A stretch of DNA of 63,402 nt, the filler included, from Folioceros fuciformis (lineage: Eukaryota), in assembly GCA_049999805.1 (NCBI GenBank). It is 5 parts of 5 records of this genome, joined end to end, with 100 filler letters (N's around TTAATTAATTAA, not from the genome) between each part and the next. Parts side by side here need not be neighbours in the genome. Positions count along the whole stretch, not along the records: positions 1 to 14,320 come from JBNGIO010004082.1; 4 more parts are not named here. One strand, given 5' to 3'. A program made the position numbers and the translations under genes. This document shows positions 1-13,824 of the stretch, piece after piece; within the stretch, counting starts at the first letter, position 1; every line of letters starts with the position of its first letter. Below the pieces are notes generated by a model. That model worked only from the letters and a program-made list of their open reading frames with translations, had not been told where the DNA came from and made no database searches.

Positions 1-3000
1 AATACGAGTCGAATAGTGCAGGGCTCCTCTCAGAGGAGTCGGGAGACGAGCCTGAGGCTCCGGCACTGGAGGAGATCAGGTTGGAGGCTATACTTCATTT
101 TAGAGGACATAGTTCGTTTTGGTGCGGTGGGATTTGAAATCGGAACAGCTGAGCCCGTTTGATTGGGTTGTCTCTGCAGCTCGGTCACGTTCAACGGGGA
201 CTCAGCGATGCTCAATCTCCATGTTGGGCAGGTTTTGTCTCGTGCTTTAACCAGAATTTCGTCAAGTGATTAATTTTTCCTTGTTCGGAGGGCTTTGTTG
301 CTGTAGGCATGTCGATTGAGTGGTCCGGTTGACACTGCAGGTTGCGTGCATGGATGGATGTGCCACGGTCACTTGTGTGAAAGGCGGTGCAACTATGTTG
401 GGGTACAACCTCCTTCATGGTGTCGAAGTGTACGTCTGCTCGAGCTCGAAGATATCTCCTGTCGTCTGCTTCGAGCCATGTTTGCTCCATACGAAGGCGA
501 AGGGCTCCAGGAGTTCCTCCAGGAAAGATGATGCAGGATGCATTCTGGAGTTCAAGTCCCATCACGGGGGCCTTTCTACAGATGATGGAACTCAGAGGCT
601 GTCGTTTAAGATTGTGAGTGTTGTTTTCACGTCTGTGCATGTCTGTGAGCTGTGAAGTAGCGGGAGTCACTAAGCTGCATTGGCATTTATTGCGTTGAGT
701 GGCGCAGGTGGTCTGTGAGGCAGGGGTTGGAGGGAAGGGGGATTCGGTAGCTGAGCCAATGGATGGCTCGGGAGCTGAGATCAAGGTGAAGCAAGCTAGG
801 AAGCACGGGGAAACTGACTCGGATGGTTGTGATTCTGAAGCAGAGGCCTCAGATGAAAGTATGGATGAAGAGAAACAGATGGATATTGATAAGCCACTAG
901 TCTTGCGGAAGAGGATGAGGGCAGACGATCAGGACATGCCAGTCAAGAGAAGAAAGGAGATGCAAGATGACATGCGATCAATTGTCCTTCCTCCTTCATG
1001 GTGTGCTGCAGCTGATGCGATTCTGCAGTATAACAAACCTGGTGGACCCATTGTGGCAGTATGTGGGGCAAAGAATACAGGGAAATCTACTTTCGGAAGA
1101 TACCTTGTCAACAGACTACTGAATAGGTGCCTGTGATCCATGCTCACAATTTTTTGTTGCGCTTCAGACATCTAGCGTAAGGATGTTTTCATGTGCTGCC
1201 TGGTCCACGTTTTTGTTATCGATGTCAGAAGCGCGTGTGAGAGTCTGACTCTTGAATGTTTGAACTCAGTTATGACGCAGTAGCATACTTGGACTCCGAC
1301 GTGGGGCAACCAGAGTTCACAGTTCCAGGATGCTTATCTCTGCACATAATTGATAAGCCAATAACAGGTGTGTAGACTAACCTTGTCTGAGCGTTGGTAT
1401 CTCTTCCCTGTACACGTCTTCATGTTTGCTTTTTCCTAGTGTATCACGTTTTCTGCAACCTACTAGGTGGGTGCGAATGCAGGTCCACCAGCATTCCACC
1501 TTCACAACCCAGAGAGGTGACCGTTTGATTTCTGATGATTTTCACGGGCAATGTTTGTGAAAAGCATTGGCTCTCTCATGACCACTGACCGGTTACTGGT
1601 GGGCGTTGAAGCTCAGGTGTTTCTTCTTTGGTGATATTTCTCCGAAGAGTAATCCAACGCTATACATGCAGCAGTTTGAAAGTCTCTACCATTCTTTTCA
1701 GAACTTAATTCGCTGTGCGGATGGGGAGTTGACAGGTGACCGCCAGACTCCCCTGGTGATCAACACTCATGGGTGGGTTAAAGGTGAGGTAACTGTCAAG
1801 CTGGAAGCCTATCGTAGAGTAGCCTAATCTGGAATATTGTGCCGCTGACCAGTGGTCTGTGATGTAGGTGTGGGTTACAACTTATTGGTCCACCTTCTTG
1901 GACATACCAATCCTACCCACACTGTGCAAGTCTTGTCCCAAGTTGACAGCAAGAACCTGCCGCGTAGCAGGTTCTGGGACGTTCAAAATGAAGTTGTGGT
2001 TGATACAGAGCTCCTATACATTTCAACTCCCTCACCAGATCGCGGGGATGCTGTGTACGAANNNNNNNNNNNNNNNNNNNNNNNNNNNNNNNNNNNNNNN
2101 NNNNNNNNNNNNNNNNNNNNNNNNNNNNNNNNNNNNNNNNNNNNNNNNNNNNNNNNNNNNNGTGTACGAATCTTCCTATGGCTCTCCTGTTCTTCTCACT
2201 GAAAGTAACAATTTAAGCATGGAAGGGGGTCACAAATGGTTTTGTTGCGGTTTGATGTGTATCAGGGATGGTAATGGGCATGCAGGTAGAAGTGCTGTAC
2301 ATATGAGAGGCTTACGAGTCTTGTCATATTTTCAGCAGTGTTTTGGTCGTGATCTCGCCCCTCTTCCATTCAGAGAAGAAAGGCTGTTTACGCAGACAGC
2401 GACGGACCTAACTTTTCAGGTACCTTATGTGGTCTCCTCATCCGCTGTGAAGGTGGTTCATCTGCACTCAGAGGTGAGGCCTACGTTCTGCATTCTTTGG
2501 GCAATGCGCGCCTTATTTTTCTCGGCATTGTACATAGTCACTGAAAGCTTGATTGACTTCCGCTCTCAGGTGCCAAGGGGTGAGAGCTTATACAGCATCA
2601 ACGGGGAATTGGTCGGGTTGGCCATCGGTGGCTGTCCCAAGGACGGAGAAGATCCGCTGCAGAATTCGCATCCGTTGTGCGTAGGGTTTGGTATGTGAGT
2701 GCTATTTATTGCATAGCAAGGATTTCTCCCTGCCATTCCGGCATCTGACGACACTGGTGTGCAGGTATTGTACGCGCTGTTGACTTGAGTGTCGGCTTAA
2801 TCTACCTTATTACTCCTATGCCTTTGGAGCAGCTGGAGGACGTCGACACTGTCCTGCAGGGCCGTGTGAAATTACCATTGCCGTTACTCCTGGTAGTCGA
2901 ACCTTCCGGTCACCCTCATTCAATCACAAATTGTGTAGATAATTGCTCTTCTCTCACACGGCTTGAATAACAGTCCCGTTTCCACTTGCAGGCAAAGGGT

Positions 3001-3099
3001 TATGAATCCCCTTACCTCTGCCTCAACTCAGCTGATGCTTATGGCACTGGCGCAGCAGCTATGAAGACTAATAGTTCAACTCCACGCAGAGTGGCATGA
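1..3099 (+). CDS. NOL9: Polynucleotide 5'-hydroxyl kinase NOL9/GRC3 family (CLP1-like P-loop), multi-exon, 5' end lies before the window
   Basis: Walker A VAVCGAKNTGKSTFGRYLVNRLL, YLDSDVGQPEFTVPGCLSL (~1271-1367), FFGDISPK, PLVINTHGWVKG and CVGFG|IVRAVD motifs joined by short GT-AG introns. Last exon reads AKGYESPYL...PRRVA* with TGA at 3097-3099. An N gap lies at 2062-2161. Confidence 0.9.
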
Positions 3100-3292
3100 C
3101 CCATGTAGCTTTTCGCTGCCCAATGTTGCAACTTCTTCCTCCCACAATAAAGGAGAAATTCCTCACTTGTCGACGCCCGTCTTTCTGCAGCTCTTCCGCA
3201 GACTTAACGTATGGTACAGATTCCAGTAAAACATCCAGACAGACCAATATGACGAAAGAGCCTTATCTTGGAACAGGACACGGCTTCCAACG

Positions 3293-5303
3293 CTACTCTT
3301 CGTCGCTGGCCGTCTCCCATTCAGAGTCTCCGTCAGATTCCTCCGGAGGACTACCCGGAATGTCATCTTGGTACTGGATGGGCCCATACACAGCAGCTGC
3401 GTCCTTGAACAGCCAGGCTTCCTTCATCTGCTTCTTCACAAACTTCTCCACGTAAGGGGGAACCTTCTTGGCACGCCGTTCAGGCTCCCCATTTACGGTT
3501 TGCGTGCACTCATTGATGAACAAAATGGCGTCCAATAAACTCTCCTTCACCAAGCCTAGTGCAGCATACGCCTGCGCCCTCCTCCACAAACTGCTGCTGT
3601 GTCGGTTCACAGGATCGTGCAAACACAAGGCCCGAGTGGCATCGCTTATAGCCGCCTTGGCGTCTTTCCGCAGCAGATGGCACTGTGCCCGGTTACTGAA
3701 CAGAACCACCCTCTCCTTCTTGGCCTGCAGGGGACAGACCTCCAACGCCTGGCTGTACTTCAGGGCCGCCCCTGCAATATCCCCTGCCGAAAACTTGGCG
3801 TTCCCCTCCAGCTTCACCACCAAAGCCGCAGCCTGCTTCAGCCGGAAATCCTCCTTTGGCAGATTCCTCTCCGACTTCATCCTCTGCCATAACCTGGAAA
3901 GCTCCTTCAGCTGGGCGATGGTCCGAGGAGGCAGATGGGAGCTCTGCATCGATAGCGCTGCGGTAGCATACTTCCGCAACACTGCGGCCGTGATCAGCTC
4001 CCCCGCCTTCTGGTGCGACCCCAGGCTGGAGAGCTCCGCCAGGTCCACAATCGCCTCCAATGCGGCCTCCAAGACCTGTGATAACACGACAAACCACCAC
4101 AAAATCAGCATCAAGAGCCCATACCACAAGAACCCACCTCACCATCGTGAGGCACCACAACAACAACCCACCACACCGTCCGGATGCATCACAAAAACCC
4201 ACCACAGAATCCGTATCCAGAATGCGGAATCCATAAACCAAACGCCACCCATCAGCGAAAAGCACCAATCTGGCAGGAGGGGAGCAGAGAGTGTAAACCT
4301 TGAACCTGGTTTTGGAGTCCTGCAGCAGCCAGACGAGACAATCCACGGCCATGTACTGCCAGTCATCAGACGAGCGGGAGATGTTACACAGCGACTGCAC
4401 TACAACAGGGCAATCCGCCACGAGCGGCCTCCCGGCCTTCTGGTGGCAGATGGTCCTGAGCAGCCCGACCCCGGCCGGGGAAACCTCATTCACCAGCCCT
4501 CCCCACATGGCGGGCAGTCGGCCCAGGAACTCGCTCTTGCAAATCGTACACAAGAACTCATCCTTAAACGCGAAGCAGTTGATGAGCTGCAAAGACCAGC
4601 ACTGGAGCTGGGAGGCCCACTCCTCCGCCTTCCTGGCCTCCATCTCCGCACCTCCCATCCCCCTCGTGAGCAGATCGCAGTGGTACGGCTCCCGCTTCCC
4701 CGCCGCCTGCACGAACTGCACATACACGATGTCCAAGGCGTTCATGGCCAGCTGAACCGCCAGATCCAACACCTCGTCGTAGGCAGCCACCTGCGGGAAC
4801 GTGGAGTCGTAGGTAGCAATGTGACCCAGAGCCCGCACCGCCACCCGCTGCTCCACCCATGTGAGCCGCCCCCGCAGGAGCTCCAGCAGCGGGGGCACCA
4901 CGGCCGCCGCCACCGCCCTTTCCGCAAACGCCTCCACGTTCATGCAATACGAGCCCACGATGTGCGCGGCGTAGTAGGGAACGTAGACATTCTGATCCTG
5001 CGCCAGCCAACTCCGGTCCTCGATCCCCTTCCACATGAGCGCCGCCATGCATTCCATAACCCCGAGCTCCACCAGCTCCGGATCGTTGGGATGCGCCATC
5101 GCCCGGTTCCATATCCCGCTCACCGCAATCACTTGCCCCTCCTCCTCCCGCCCCGGCAGCTCCTTGAAGAAATTGGCCAGCCCAGAGCGCCGCTTCCCCG
5201 GACTGCGATCCTTCATCACGCAGAAGAAGCAGTCCGGAAACAAACACTCCGCCTCCTGCTCCTCCCTCTCCCTCCCCTTGCCCTTCTCCCTCCGCCCCTG
5301 CAT
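3293..5303 (-). CDS. ARM-repeat plus C-terminal TPR protein (plant family resembling At5g10200); 2 exons, intron 4076-4298
   Basis: Exon 1 has ECLFPDCFFCVMK...YVPYYAAHIVGSY...LQCWSLQLINCFA. Exon 2 has TPRs KLEGNAKFSAGDIAGAALKYSQAL and LFSNRAQCHL, and an acidic tail SEWETASDEE. The phase-0 GT...CAG intron joins the two frames. Confidence 0.88.
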
Positions 5304-6854
5304 CTTTCACGACCCAGGCCCTCCCTATCCCTCTCCCCCGCGAGCCTCATGGCCTTCCTCACCTTCCTCTGCCCATCCCTCGCACAAAGCGCTGCGTCCT
5401 CGCAACCAGGCCGCTGGGCGGGCGCGTGTCCGAGCCCTCCTGCCCGTGGGATCTTTGCTTTTTTGAGATACAACAGCATGAACACTGTACCGGACAAAGA
5501 CAGTCCCTCCGCTCCGCTGTGCCCTGCCCTGCTCTGCTTTGCTCTGCTCCTCACCCAACTTCACTTCACGGACCACACCTTCCTGGACAACCATCCGCTT
5601 TCACAAGATTTCCCGCTTTTAATACCTTCAAAAACAACGCATCTCTATGTACGAGTCAATAAAGAGGCAGCCAAGCCAAGCAAAGCCTTCATGGGCTGGG
5701 CTTGTCAGATCTCTCGGATCGACTCCTCATCAGAATCACCATCAATTTTGCTGTGGACACTGTGCACATGGCAATGAAATCTTTTCAATTATACTTACTC
5801 GTATCGAATTAATAAACAAAACGTGTTGACCAAGATTCAAGTCTACCTTTGTCCTTCCACTATCATCGCACCTGCGTGATGGTATTATTCTTCCAATATA
5901 AAAGAGGTTGATGGCACTTTAGGGTAAATTTAAGGGTTCCTTAATTGTCTCCTGCGGCCAACCTCGGTAAAAACAATTTGACCTAGAGTTTTAAAGCTTT
6001 TTTTACTTTTTTTATTCCTCAAGATAATTTATACTTTAGTACAGTGTCAAATAAAGTTTTTTAGTCTAAACTTGGAGGCCTAAAATTATTTTATCTCAAA
6101 ACTTAAGAAATTCTTTTCCTTTCTAAAAACTTTCTTAGAAAATAATTATTCAAAAATATGAAGGTAAAGATTTTGTGGATTCATAAATCATCAAACCAAA
6201 TACATGACTCAAGGTTATCCTACTTTGCCAAATCTTAACATATATTAGAGGCCATGTATGGTACCATCCCCTATAAGCTTTGTAAGGGGCCATGCATGTT
6301 ACCATCTCAGCACAAGCTTTGTCGGATGCCATACCTCATATTTGATTAATTATATGATAACATTGAATGCAAGGTGCGTTATTCCTGCCATAGTAATACG
6401 CTATTTAAAAAAAAAAATTAAACCATAAAGAACTACGAAATAGAAGTTAGCACTAAGTTGCTAAGTTTCTCGTTCCAATGTCCAAACAAATCCTTTTGAT
6501 AAAATTGAAAAGTCATGTTAATATAAAAATAAAATTATTATTAAATGTTAATTAAGTCATAAATAACATTTAGGTACTTACTAGTAGTTTAGTATATGCT
6601 TTGTACTCTACACATAGGGCAACTTCTAAGCATACCAGTTTAATTCCATTTTTATAGCAAATCTATTTTTATGGCATCAGTTTAATTATTGTAGTATTCC
6701 CAAGGTATATTAAGAAAGTAGCTTTTATCAAAAATAAAGGAGGAACTTGAACATCTGGACAAATTATGTGGCCTCTAATTTAGATTAACTTATAGAAAGT
6801 ACTCTAACATCATTTTATGACTTAAAAATTATTTATTTATTTATTTATATACTA

Positions 6855-6932
6855 ACATAACTCCTAAATTTTGTGAATAGAATCTGTTTGGACATAACTC
6901 CTAAATTTTGTGAATAGAATCTGTTTGGACAT
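6855..6932. repeat. Perfect 37-bp tandem duplication inside AT-rich degenerate repeat DNA
   Basis: ACATAACTCCTAAATTTTGTGAATAGAATCTGTTTGG occurs twice. Its right end and flank also form a ~30-bp imperfect inverted repeat with ~6461-6493. Confidence 0.85.
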
Positions 6933-7266
6933 TGAAGCGAGAAACTTAAGAATACTATGAAGATTATTTAGAAATAGAAGAGGAGCTTGAACATTTGGGT
7001 AAACTGTGCAATTTGTTGTTAAGGTTAGTTTTTAGTTGCCCACTTAGTTTTCTTTATAGCTAGCTGACTTAGGATGGCATAGACTTGTCTAAACTCTTCA
7101 TGTGTTTATTATGTAAATTATGATCTAATGATTTGGTTAATATTTTTTTAGTTTGGATGTAATTCATATATATGGTTTTGTTTTCTAACATTTCATGAAT
7201 GTAATGGTACTCTACTATTATGTGTCTTGATTTGAAGTAGAAGATGAGATTTCTAGCTAGGGTAAC

Positions 7267-7449
7267 TGTTAAATATATGTAACCACATTTGCTAGCTACT
7301 TAAGCTAGGGTTAGCTTAGCCTAATATGAACAATTGTATATACATTGTATAAAAAGTTACACTTTACTTTATATATATTATTAAGTTTTCTATACAAGTG
7401 TTTGCTCTTTGTGCTCTGATATAGCTAGCCAATTTTGCTATTATTTACA
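7267..7449 (+). repeat. 5' LTR (183 bp) of the Copia element
   Basis: TG...CA termini; direct repeat of 13653-13824, roughly 90% identical by hand count over the first 120 bp. Confidence 0.95.
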
Positions 7450-8623
7450 TAGTATTAGAGCATGTAATTGCCCATGTAATTGCTAGAAGATGGTCAAGTC
7501 AGAATTTTGCACATTATCCACATTTCAACAATGGAATATGGATTGTATGTAATACCCTAACTTAACCGTCAATTTGTTGTTCCTAATCTCCTAGCTATAG
7601 ATGAAAATGTTGAGAAGTGAAAATAGGCATAGTATCCAAGAGTCACAGAAATTACGTGACCCTCTTATCATGTGTCCAACACCTTCACCTCACTTGGCAA
7701 TCAGCATGCATAGTATATTACAAACAATTCCGCTGCCTCTACGCTAGCTTCGCAGTGTTTAATTAGACGTTAAAATGACTCATTGAAAAACTAATTTTGG
7801 ACATTATGAGTCTAGGCCTCATGCTTCTCCTCAGGACATAGATCAACGTCGTAGAGTTTGGACTAGTGGAGAATTTTTGAATCAGTCACGAGCAGCCCAA
7901 TCTTGCCAATCTCCTTAGAGATTCTCTCAGATTTCCTTGCCACACAATACACACAAACAAGCATCACAAATCTTTTGTGCTGCAGAGATAAGGCTTGCTC
8001 AACATACATCAAGAAGGAAGTTTTTCAACACACCTGTGTATTTCCAGGAGCGAACACAAACTGTTCAGGAAATACAGATGAAGCATGAGCTTCTTGCCCT
8101 CAATTTGGAGATTTCCAAGGTGAGCTCGAGGGTGAAGGAACTGGCGTTTGATCTGCAAATCTTATGCAAACATTTAGCAGATACTTTCGGCTTGGATCAA
8201 GCATCCATCGAAGAGCAGAAGCTCTTCAATGTTCTGACGATCTCAAACTAGAGCAAGCTTCCCGGGAGTGGCTTCCCGCTGTGACTCTGGGAGCTACGAA
8301 TCGTCGCAAGCACAGCAGCCAAGCGACACCAATCTGCATGCAGGGGGTGGTTTTTTTAGTTAGTCATCAGACGCAGAAACTTGGTGTGGCATTTGTGAGC
8401 ATCGACGGGACATGAGGGCAGGAAATTTGAAGGGACGCAAGCTTGCCATGGTGTAACTGTCTCGGCCCCCTTATCACCTGTTTAGTTCACGACTGTTGCA
8501 CAGTTTACTGCACGCCTCTTCCACAGCTGCCTGAAAAGCCGCCAGTTTCCTTTCTCCCCCTGCCTCATGCACACACAATTCTTCAGCACTACCTGAATTG
8601 CCGGCACAAGTCCTACCTCTACC

Positions 8624-11600
8624 ATGTCTGGCTTAGGCCCTTCCACAGCACCTAGATCTACGACAAACCAGGATGTAGACCAAGGGCAAGGCACAAACTG
8701 GATGACCGGGCTGAGCAACGCCGCTGGCCTTCTCTTCGGCGGTCCGGCAGTGTCTGCCACAACCTTCACCACGTCTCCAGCACTTCTCGGTGCCGCATGG
8801 TCAGCCAATTCTGCATCAGCACAAGCTCAAGGAACTGTGGCTAGCTCTTCCTCCGGACCCTCGGCAGGGTCTGGATTTCTCAACCCTCTTCCGCCTCTAG
8901 GGGCTGGACTTGGAGCTTCACTGCCAACAGGAGCTGGAGCTGCCAATCCTTTGCCTAGAGTTAGAGTTGGGCGCGGAAATCCACTACCTAGAGTCGAGGC
9001 AAGCTCTAGTGCACACAACCCTTACCTTGGCGCTCTTCAGAATCCACCGCCTGCTGCTGGAGCTGCACCTGGACAACACATGTTTGCCCTTCATGTGCAC
9101 CAACCTACTTATACATCAAAATTTAAAGAGCAAGACCATTTCAATGGGCAGAAGTATCCTATGTGGAGTGTCCGTATGAGGACTGCTCTTGAAGCTCAGC
9201 ATGTGTGGGACGTGGTGTGTGGGAGTACCCCTCGCCCTGCAGCACATGCCAATCAATTTGATCAGGACAAGTGGCCACACTCTAATAATGTTGAACGAGC
9301 TCTCCTCATAAGCGATTTGGACGATGTGCTTGTCCCAGACGTTGCTTACCTCACCAGTGCCGAGGAAATGTGGAAAGAGCTCAGTGGCACTTATGATGTG
9401 AAGAACATGGTCACCATGTGTTCTGTCCGAAGCGAGTTGTTCTCTCTTCGCATGCGTGAAGGTGATAAAGCCGCTGCTTTTGTAGGCAAGTTCCAACAGC
9501 TCAGGTCCCAATTCATATCCCTTGGCTGTACCATGATTGAGCTTGATGCTGTAGCACAGCTTTTAACTAGCCTTCCACCTAGCTATCAGCCCTTTGTGTC
9601 TAGCTATCAAGCCACTCTTCGGGATGCTAGTAGAGCCTTAGCTGCAGAACAACCTTCACTTGTCAGCCTTACAGAAGTAATTGGAGCTCTCTACCAAGAA
9701 GAGCAAACCCGTCAAGGAACACATACCTTCTTTAGTCGAACCAAAACAGACAAGGTGCTATTTTCCAAATCTAAGCAATACAGCAAAGTACCTCGTCCTC
9801 CCACAGCTGGCGGTGCCAAGGATAACAAATCCAGCTCAACCAAACGTGCTAGATCTTGTAACTTGTGCGGTGCCCTAGGCCACTGGGAACGAGAGTGCCA
9901 TAAAAGGAAATCTAGAGAACCGAGAAAGGCCGAGAGAGCTTCTAAACAAGTTGAGGACCATAACGTCTCTAAGGATAAGCCTTCTCAAGCTAGCTCTTCA
10001 CATCGACAACCTGTGGTGATGACAACATGCCTCTCGGTAGCTTCCAAATCTGGTGACTCTTGGTATCTTGGCTCAGGGGACACCACACACATCTACCACA
10101 ATTGATCTTTGTTGAGCAACTTTGTTCCCCTTTACACAATAGAGAGTGTTTTGCTTGGGGAAGAGCTCACCAAAACAAGTCTGAAGATACTTGGCCATGG
10201 CTCCTGCTGCTTCTAGCAAACAGATGGAGAGCTTCTCCAACTCGACAATGTGCTTTATGTCCATGACATGGCCAAGCACCTTCTGTCGGTTAGTCAGCTC
10301 ATGAAATTACGACATTTCCAGCTTACCTTTACCTTCACTGGCTGCTTGCTCTCTCATACAGGTTCCAAGTTTGTCGTAGCACGAGGTGTCCTTGAGGATG
10401 ACCTATACAGGATAGACATCCGCTCTGTCTCAGCTAAGAGTGTTCAGGTAACGGAAAAGTCACAAGCCTCACTAGCTCAATTGTGGCATGCTCATCTAGG
10501 TCACGCTAACCGAGACTAGCTTATCAAAATGTCCACTCTTGAGTGTTATAGAGAACCCTTACCTAGGTGTTTTAAGGAGCTCCCCTTGTGTGAATTTTGT
10601 GTCCTGGCTAAACAAAAGGAGTACCCTTTTCCAAACACTCCAGCCTTTAGAACTAGCCATGTCCTTGACCTTGTGCATGCCGGCATATCTGGCAAAATAC
10701 ACATTCCGTCTTTGGGTGGATCCCTTTACTACGTGACCATCACTGACGATTTCAGCCGTTATTCCTAGACCTATCCACTAAAGAAGAAGTCGGATACCTT
10801 TTCTTTCTTCCAGGAATTGCTGACCATGATCCAATGACAAACAGGACATTACCTTAAGTGCCATCGCTGCGACAATGGTACAGAATTCGTGAACTCTCAG
10901 TTTGACGAGTACCTTTCCTCATAAGGCATCAGAAGGCAGCTAAGTATACCCTACACTCAGCAACAGAATGGCGTTGCAGAGCGCCGTAACCAGACCTTAT
11001 TAAATATGACTCGGAGTATGCTAGCCTGGTCTAGACTTCCCAAATCATATTGGGCTGAGGTTGTAGTTACGGCTACTTACATCTTAAATCGCCTCCTTAC
11101 TTCTGCTGTACCGGATCGAACCCCTTTCAAAGTTCTCTGGCAAAGGAAACCTAGCTTGCTTCATTTACGTGTCTTCAGCTCTCCTGCATATGCTTACATC
11201 CATGAGGAACAACGTAAAAAGCTTGAAGCTCGGGCACAGCCCCTTATTTTTGTCGGCTATGGTGAAGAAATCGAAGCATACAAACTTTATGACCTGGTTT
11301 CACACACCTCTCTATTTGCCAGGAGTGTTACCTTCAAGGAGATCACAAGCTCTCAGTCTGCGGCTGCTCAAAATTCTGAAACTCCTGATTCAACTATAAT
11401 TCCTAGTTCTGTTCTCGACGCCTTTGTTTTCAATGATTCCCCTTCAGTTTTTCCACAAGATGCCGTATATGAATTGCTAGCAGCTGCCGTTTCTATACCT
11501 ATTTTAGTTGCTAGCCCTTCAGGAGGTGGATCACAGCCATCACAGCAGCCGCAGCCACAGGAGACTTTACAGAGCCCTGCACAATTGCCACAGTTGCCAA

Positions 11601-13592
11601 AGTCATCATAGCAGTCCATTTTCCATCCGCTACATAGCCCACAACAGTCACAACCAAGTAGCGTACAACCGGACTCACCTACTGCTCTGGCTTCATTGAA
11701 TTTTGAAGTCGATCTTGAGGTTTTAGAGCCAGCCGATTTAGCTGTAGCATCTGATTCAGACACTCCTGATTCATAGCCCGCTGACGATGGAGACATGACT
11801 AGTGCAGAACCCGCTGTTCTAGTACCTGTCCCATTACTCTCACAACCAGGTGCAGAGGAAGAACGCAGATACCCTACTCGTTCTCGCCCTTCTTGAGAAA
11901 ACTAGCAAACTAAACCCTATGAAGCCAGAAAACTTTAGGCGACCACGTTCTGCACGTCTCTGCCAAGTCTTCTCATCCAGCACTTCTTTTCCAGCAGAAC
12001 CTTGCACATACAGAGAGGCCATCACAGGGAAGAATAAGAAACAGTGGATTCCATCAATCCAGGACGAATATGACTCTTTGATGAAAAAAGAAACCTGGGA
12101 ACTCTGCCCCTTGCCTACAAGAAGGAAAATTGTGAGCTGCAAGAGGGTGTTCAAGCACAAGTTAAATGCACAAGGAGAGATAGCACGTCACAAGTCACGT
12201 CTTGTTGCACAAGGTTTCTCCCAAGTTGCAGGTGTCGACTTCAACGAAACATTCAGCCCTGTTGTGAAGACACAATCCATAAGAATCATTATGGCACTTG
12301 CTGCTGCTCGTGATTGGGATCTCGAACAAATGGACGTCTCGACTGCATTTCTATATGGAGAGTTAGAAGAGGACATTTATATGGATCAGCCAGAGGGTTT
12401 TCTGGATCATGAACACCCAGACTGGGTTTGCAAGCTCAAGAAGACTCTTTATGGGCTTAAGCAGAGTGCAAGGAAATGGTACAAATGCATTGATAAATAC
12501 CTCAAATCTATTGGCTTCATTCAGAATCCAGCAGATGCCAACGTATATATGTATACCAAAGGAGGACACATTGTGATCCTAGCCCTTTATGTCGACGACG
12601 CCATTTTAGCCTCCAACAATCGAGATCTTTTAGATTGGGTCAAGGGCATGCTGCACAATCGCTACGACATGAAAGACATAGGTCAGCTTACATTTGTCCT
12701 TGGTGTTCAGCTTTTGCGCGATAGGCAAAATCATACCTTGATTCTTCATCAGACCAAGTATGTTCATGAGACACTTCGCCGCTTCAACCTAGCAGATGCC
12801 AAGCCTGTTAGCACACCAGGCACAGTGGGTCAGAAGTTGTCTGCTGAGCAATCCCCACAGGATGAAGAAGAAAAGGCAGCCATGAGTCAGATCCCTTATC
12901 GTCATGCAGTAGGCTACCTGAATTACATAGCCTGCCGGACAGGGCCTAATATTCAGCATTCTGTGAGCTCCATATCACAATATCTTGAGAACCCAGGCCA
13001 GGACCATTGGATGGCTGTTAAGCGCATCATTCGCTATTTAAAGGGAACATCCACCCATGGGTTATGCTTCAACAGAGCTGAGAATTCCAATACCATTCAA
13101 CAGTATGCTGATGTTGACTGGGCAGCAGATCCTAACCAGCACAAAAGCATCGCAGCTTATTGTTTTCTGCTTTCCAATGCTGCTGTTAATTGGAGCTCGA
13201 AGAAGCAAGCCTTTGTTGCTCTTTCCTCCACGGAAGCGGAGTATAAGACACTCACGGATTCAGCTAACGAAGCTGAGTGGGAGCGTACTTTTCTCTCCGG
13301 CCTGAATTGTCCTCAACCAGCTCCAACTATCATCTATTGCGACAAGAGATCAACAATTGCGCTTGTTGGGAATCCCCGTTTCCATGCCCGCACCAAACAT
13401 ATCGAGATCCAACATCATTTTGTTCGCCAATTTGTGGAGTGCAAGGTGATTCAGATTAATTACATTCCAACAGAGCTGAACACAGCAGATGTTCTCACGA
13501 AAAGCTTGCCTACCAATAAGCACTGTTTTCATATGGAGTCGTTGGGCTTGGTGGATTACACTTCCTACTTGCCAAACACTACTTCCGCATAA
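8624..13592 (+). pseudogene. Copia gag-pol polyprotein, disrupted
   Basis: Gag FNGQKYPMWSVRM and zinc knuckle CNLCGALGHWEREC. Protease WYLGSG (catalytic D to G). Integrase LWHAHLGH..CEFC, CDNG, NGVAERRN. RT LALYVDDAIL, RNaseH SSTEAEY and TKHIEIQHHFVR. About 8 in-frame stops between 10103 and 11775, plus a frameshift near 11920. Confidence 0.95.
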
Positions 13593-13652
13593 TTTCCAAG
13601 GCTCGCCCCCGTCATTAGTTTGAATTTAACCAGCATTGTGGTTAAGGGGGTG

Positions 13653-13824
13653 TGTTAAATATATGTAACCACATTTGCTAGTTACTTAAGCTAAGGTTTG
13701 TTGTGCCTAATATGAACAGTTGTATATACATTGTATAAAAGGCTACACTTTACTTTATATATATTGTTAAGTAATGTCTGATCTTGTCCACCGATATAGC
13801 TAGCCAATTTTGCTATTATTTACT
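13653..13824 (+). repeat. 3' LTR (172 bp) of the Copia element
   Basis: Follows the PPT, matches the 5' LTR and is followed by the TSD GTAAC. Confidence 0.95.

Larger units (their letters stand above)
7267..13824 (+). mobile_element. Full-length degenerate Ty1/Copia LTR retrotransposon
   Basis: LTRs at 7267-7449 and 13653-13824 (TGTTAAAT...TTATTTACA/T). 5-bp TSD GTAAC at 7262-7266 and 13825-13829. Decayed tRNA-iMet PBS TAGTATTAGAGC at 7450-7461, PPT AAGGGGGTG at 13644-13652. Domain order is gag-PR-IN-RT-RH. Confidence 0.97.

Noticed and set aside
3468-5777. 769-aa plus-strand ORF
   Set aside because: Antisense shadow of the GC3-rich ARM/TPR gene; His/Arg/Pro-rich composition and no recognisable domain.
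10103-11775. Stop codons in Copia pol as substrates for U-to-C RNA editing
   Set aside because: U-to-C editing is known from organelles. The element also has a frameshift, a TGG to TAG change and mutated catalytic residues, so ordinary decay explains it.
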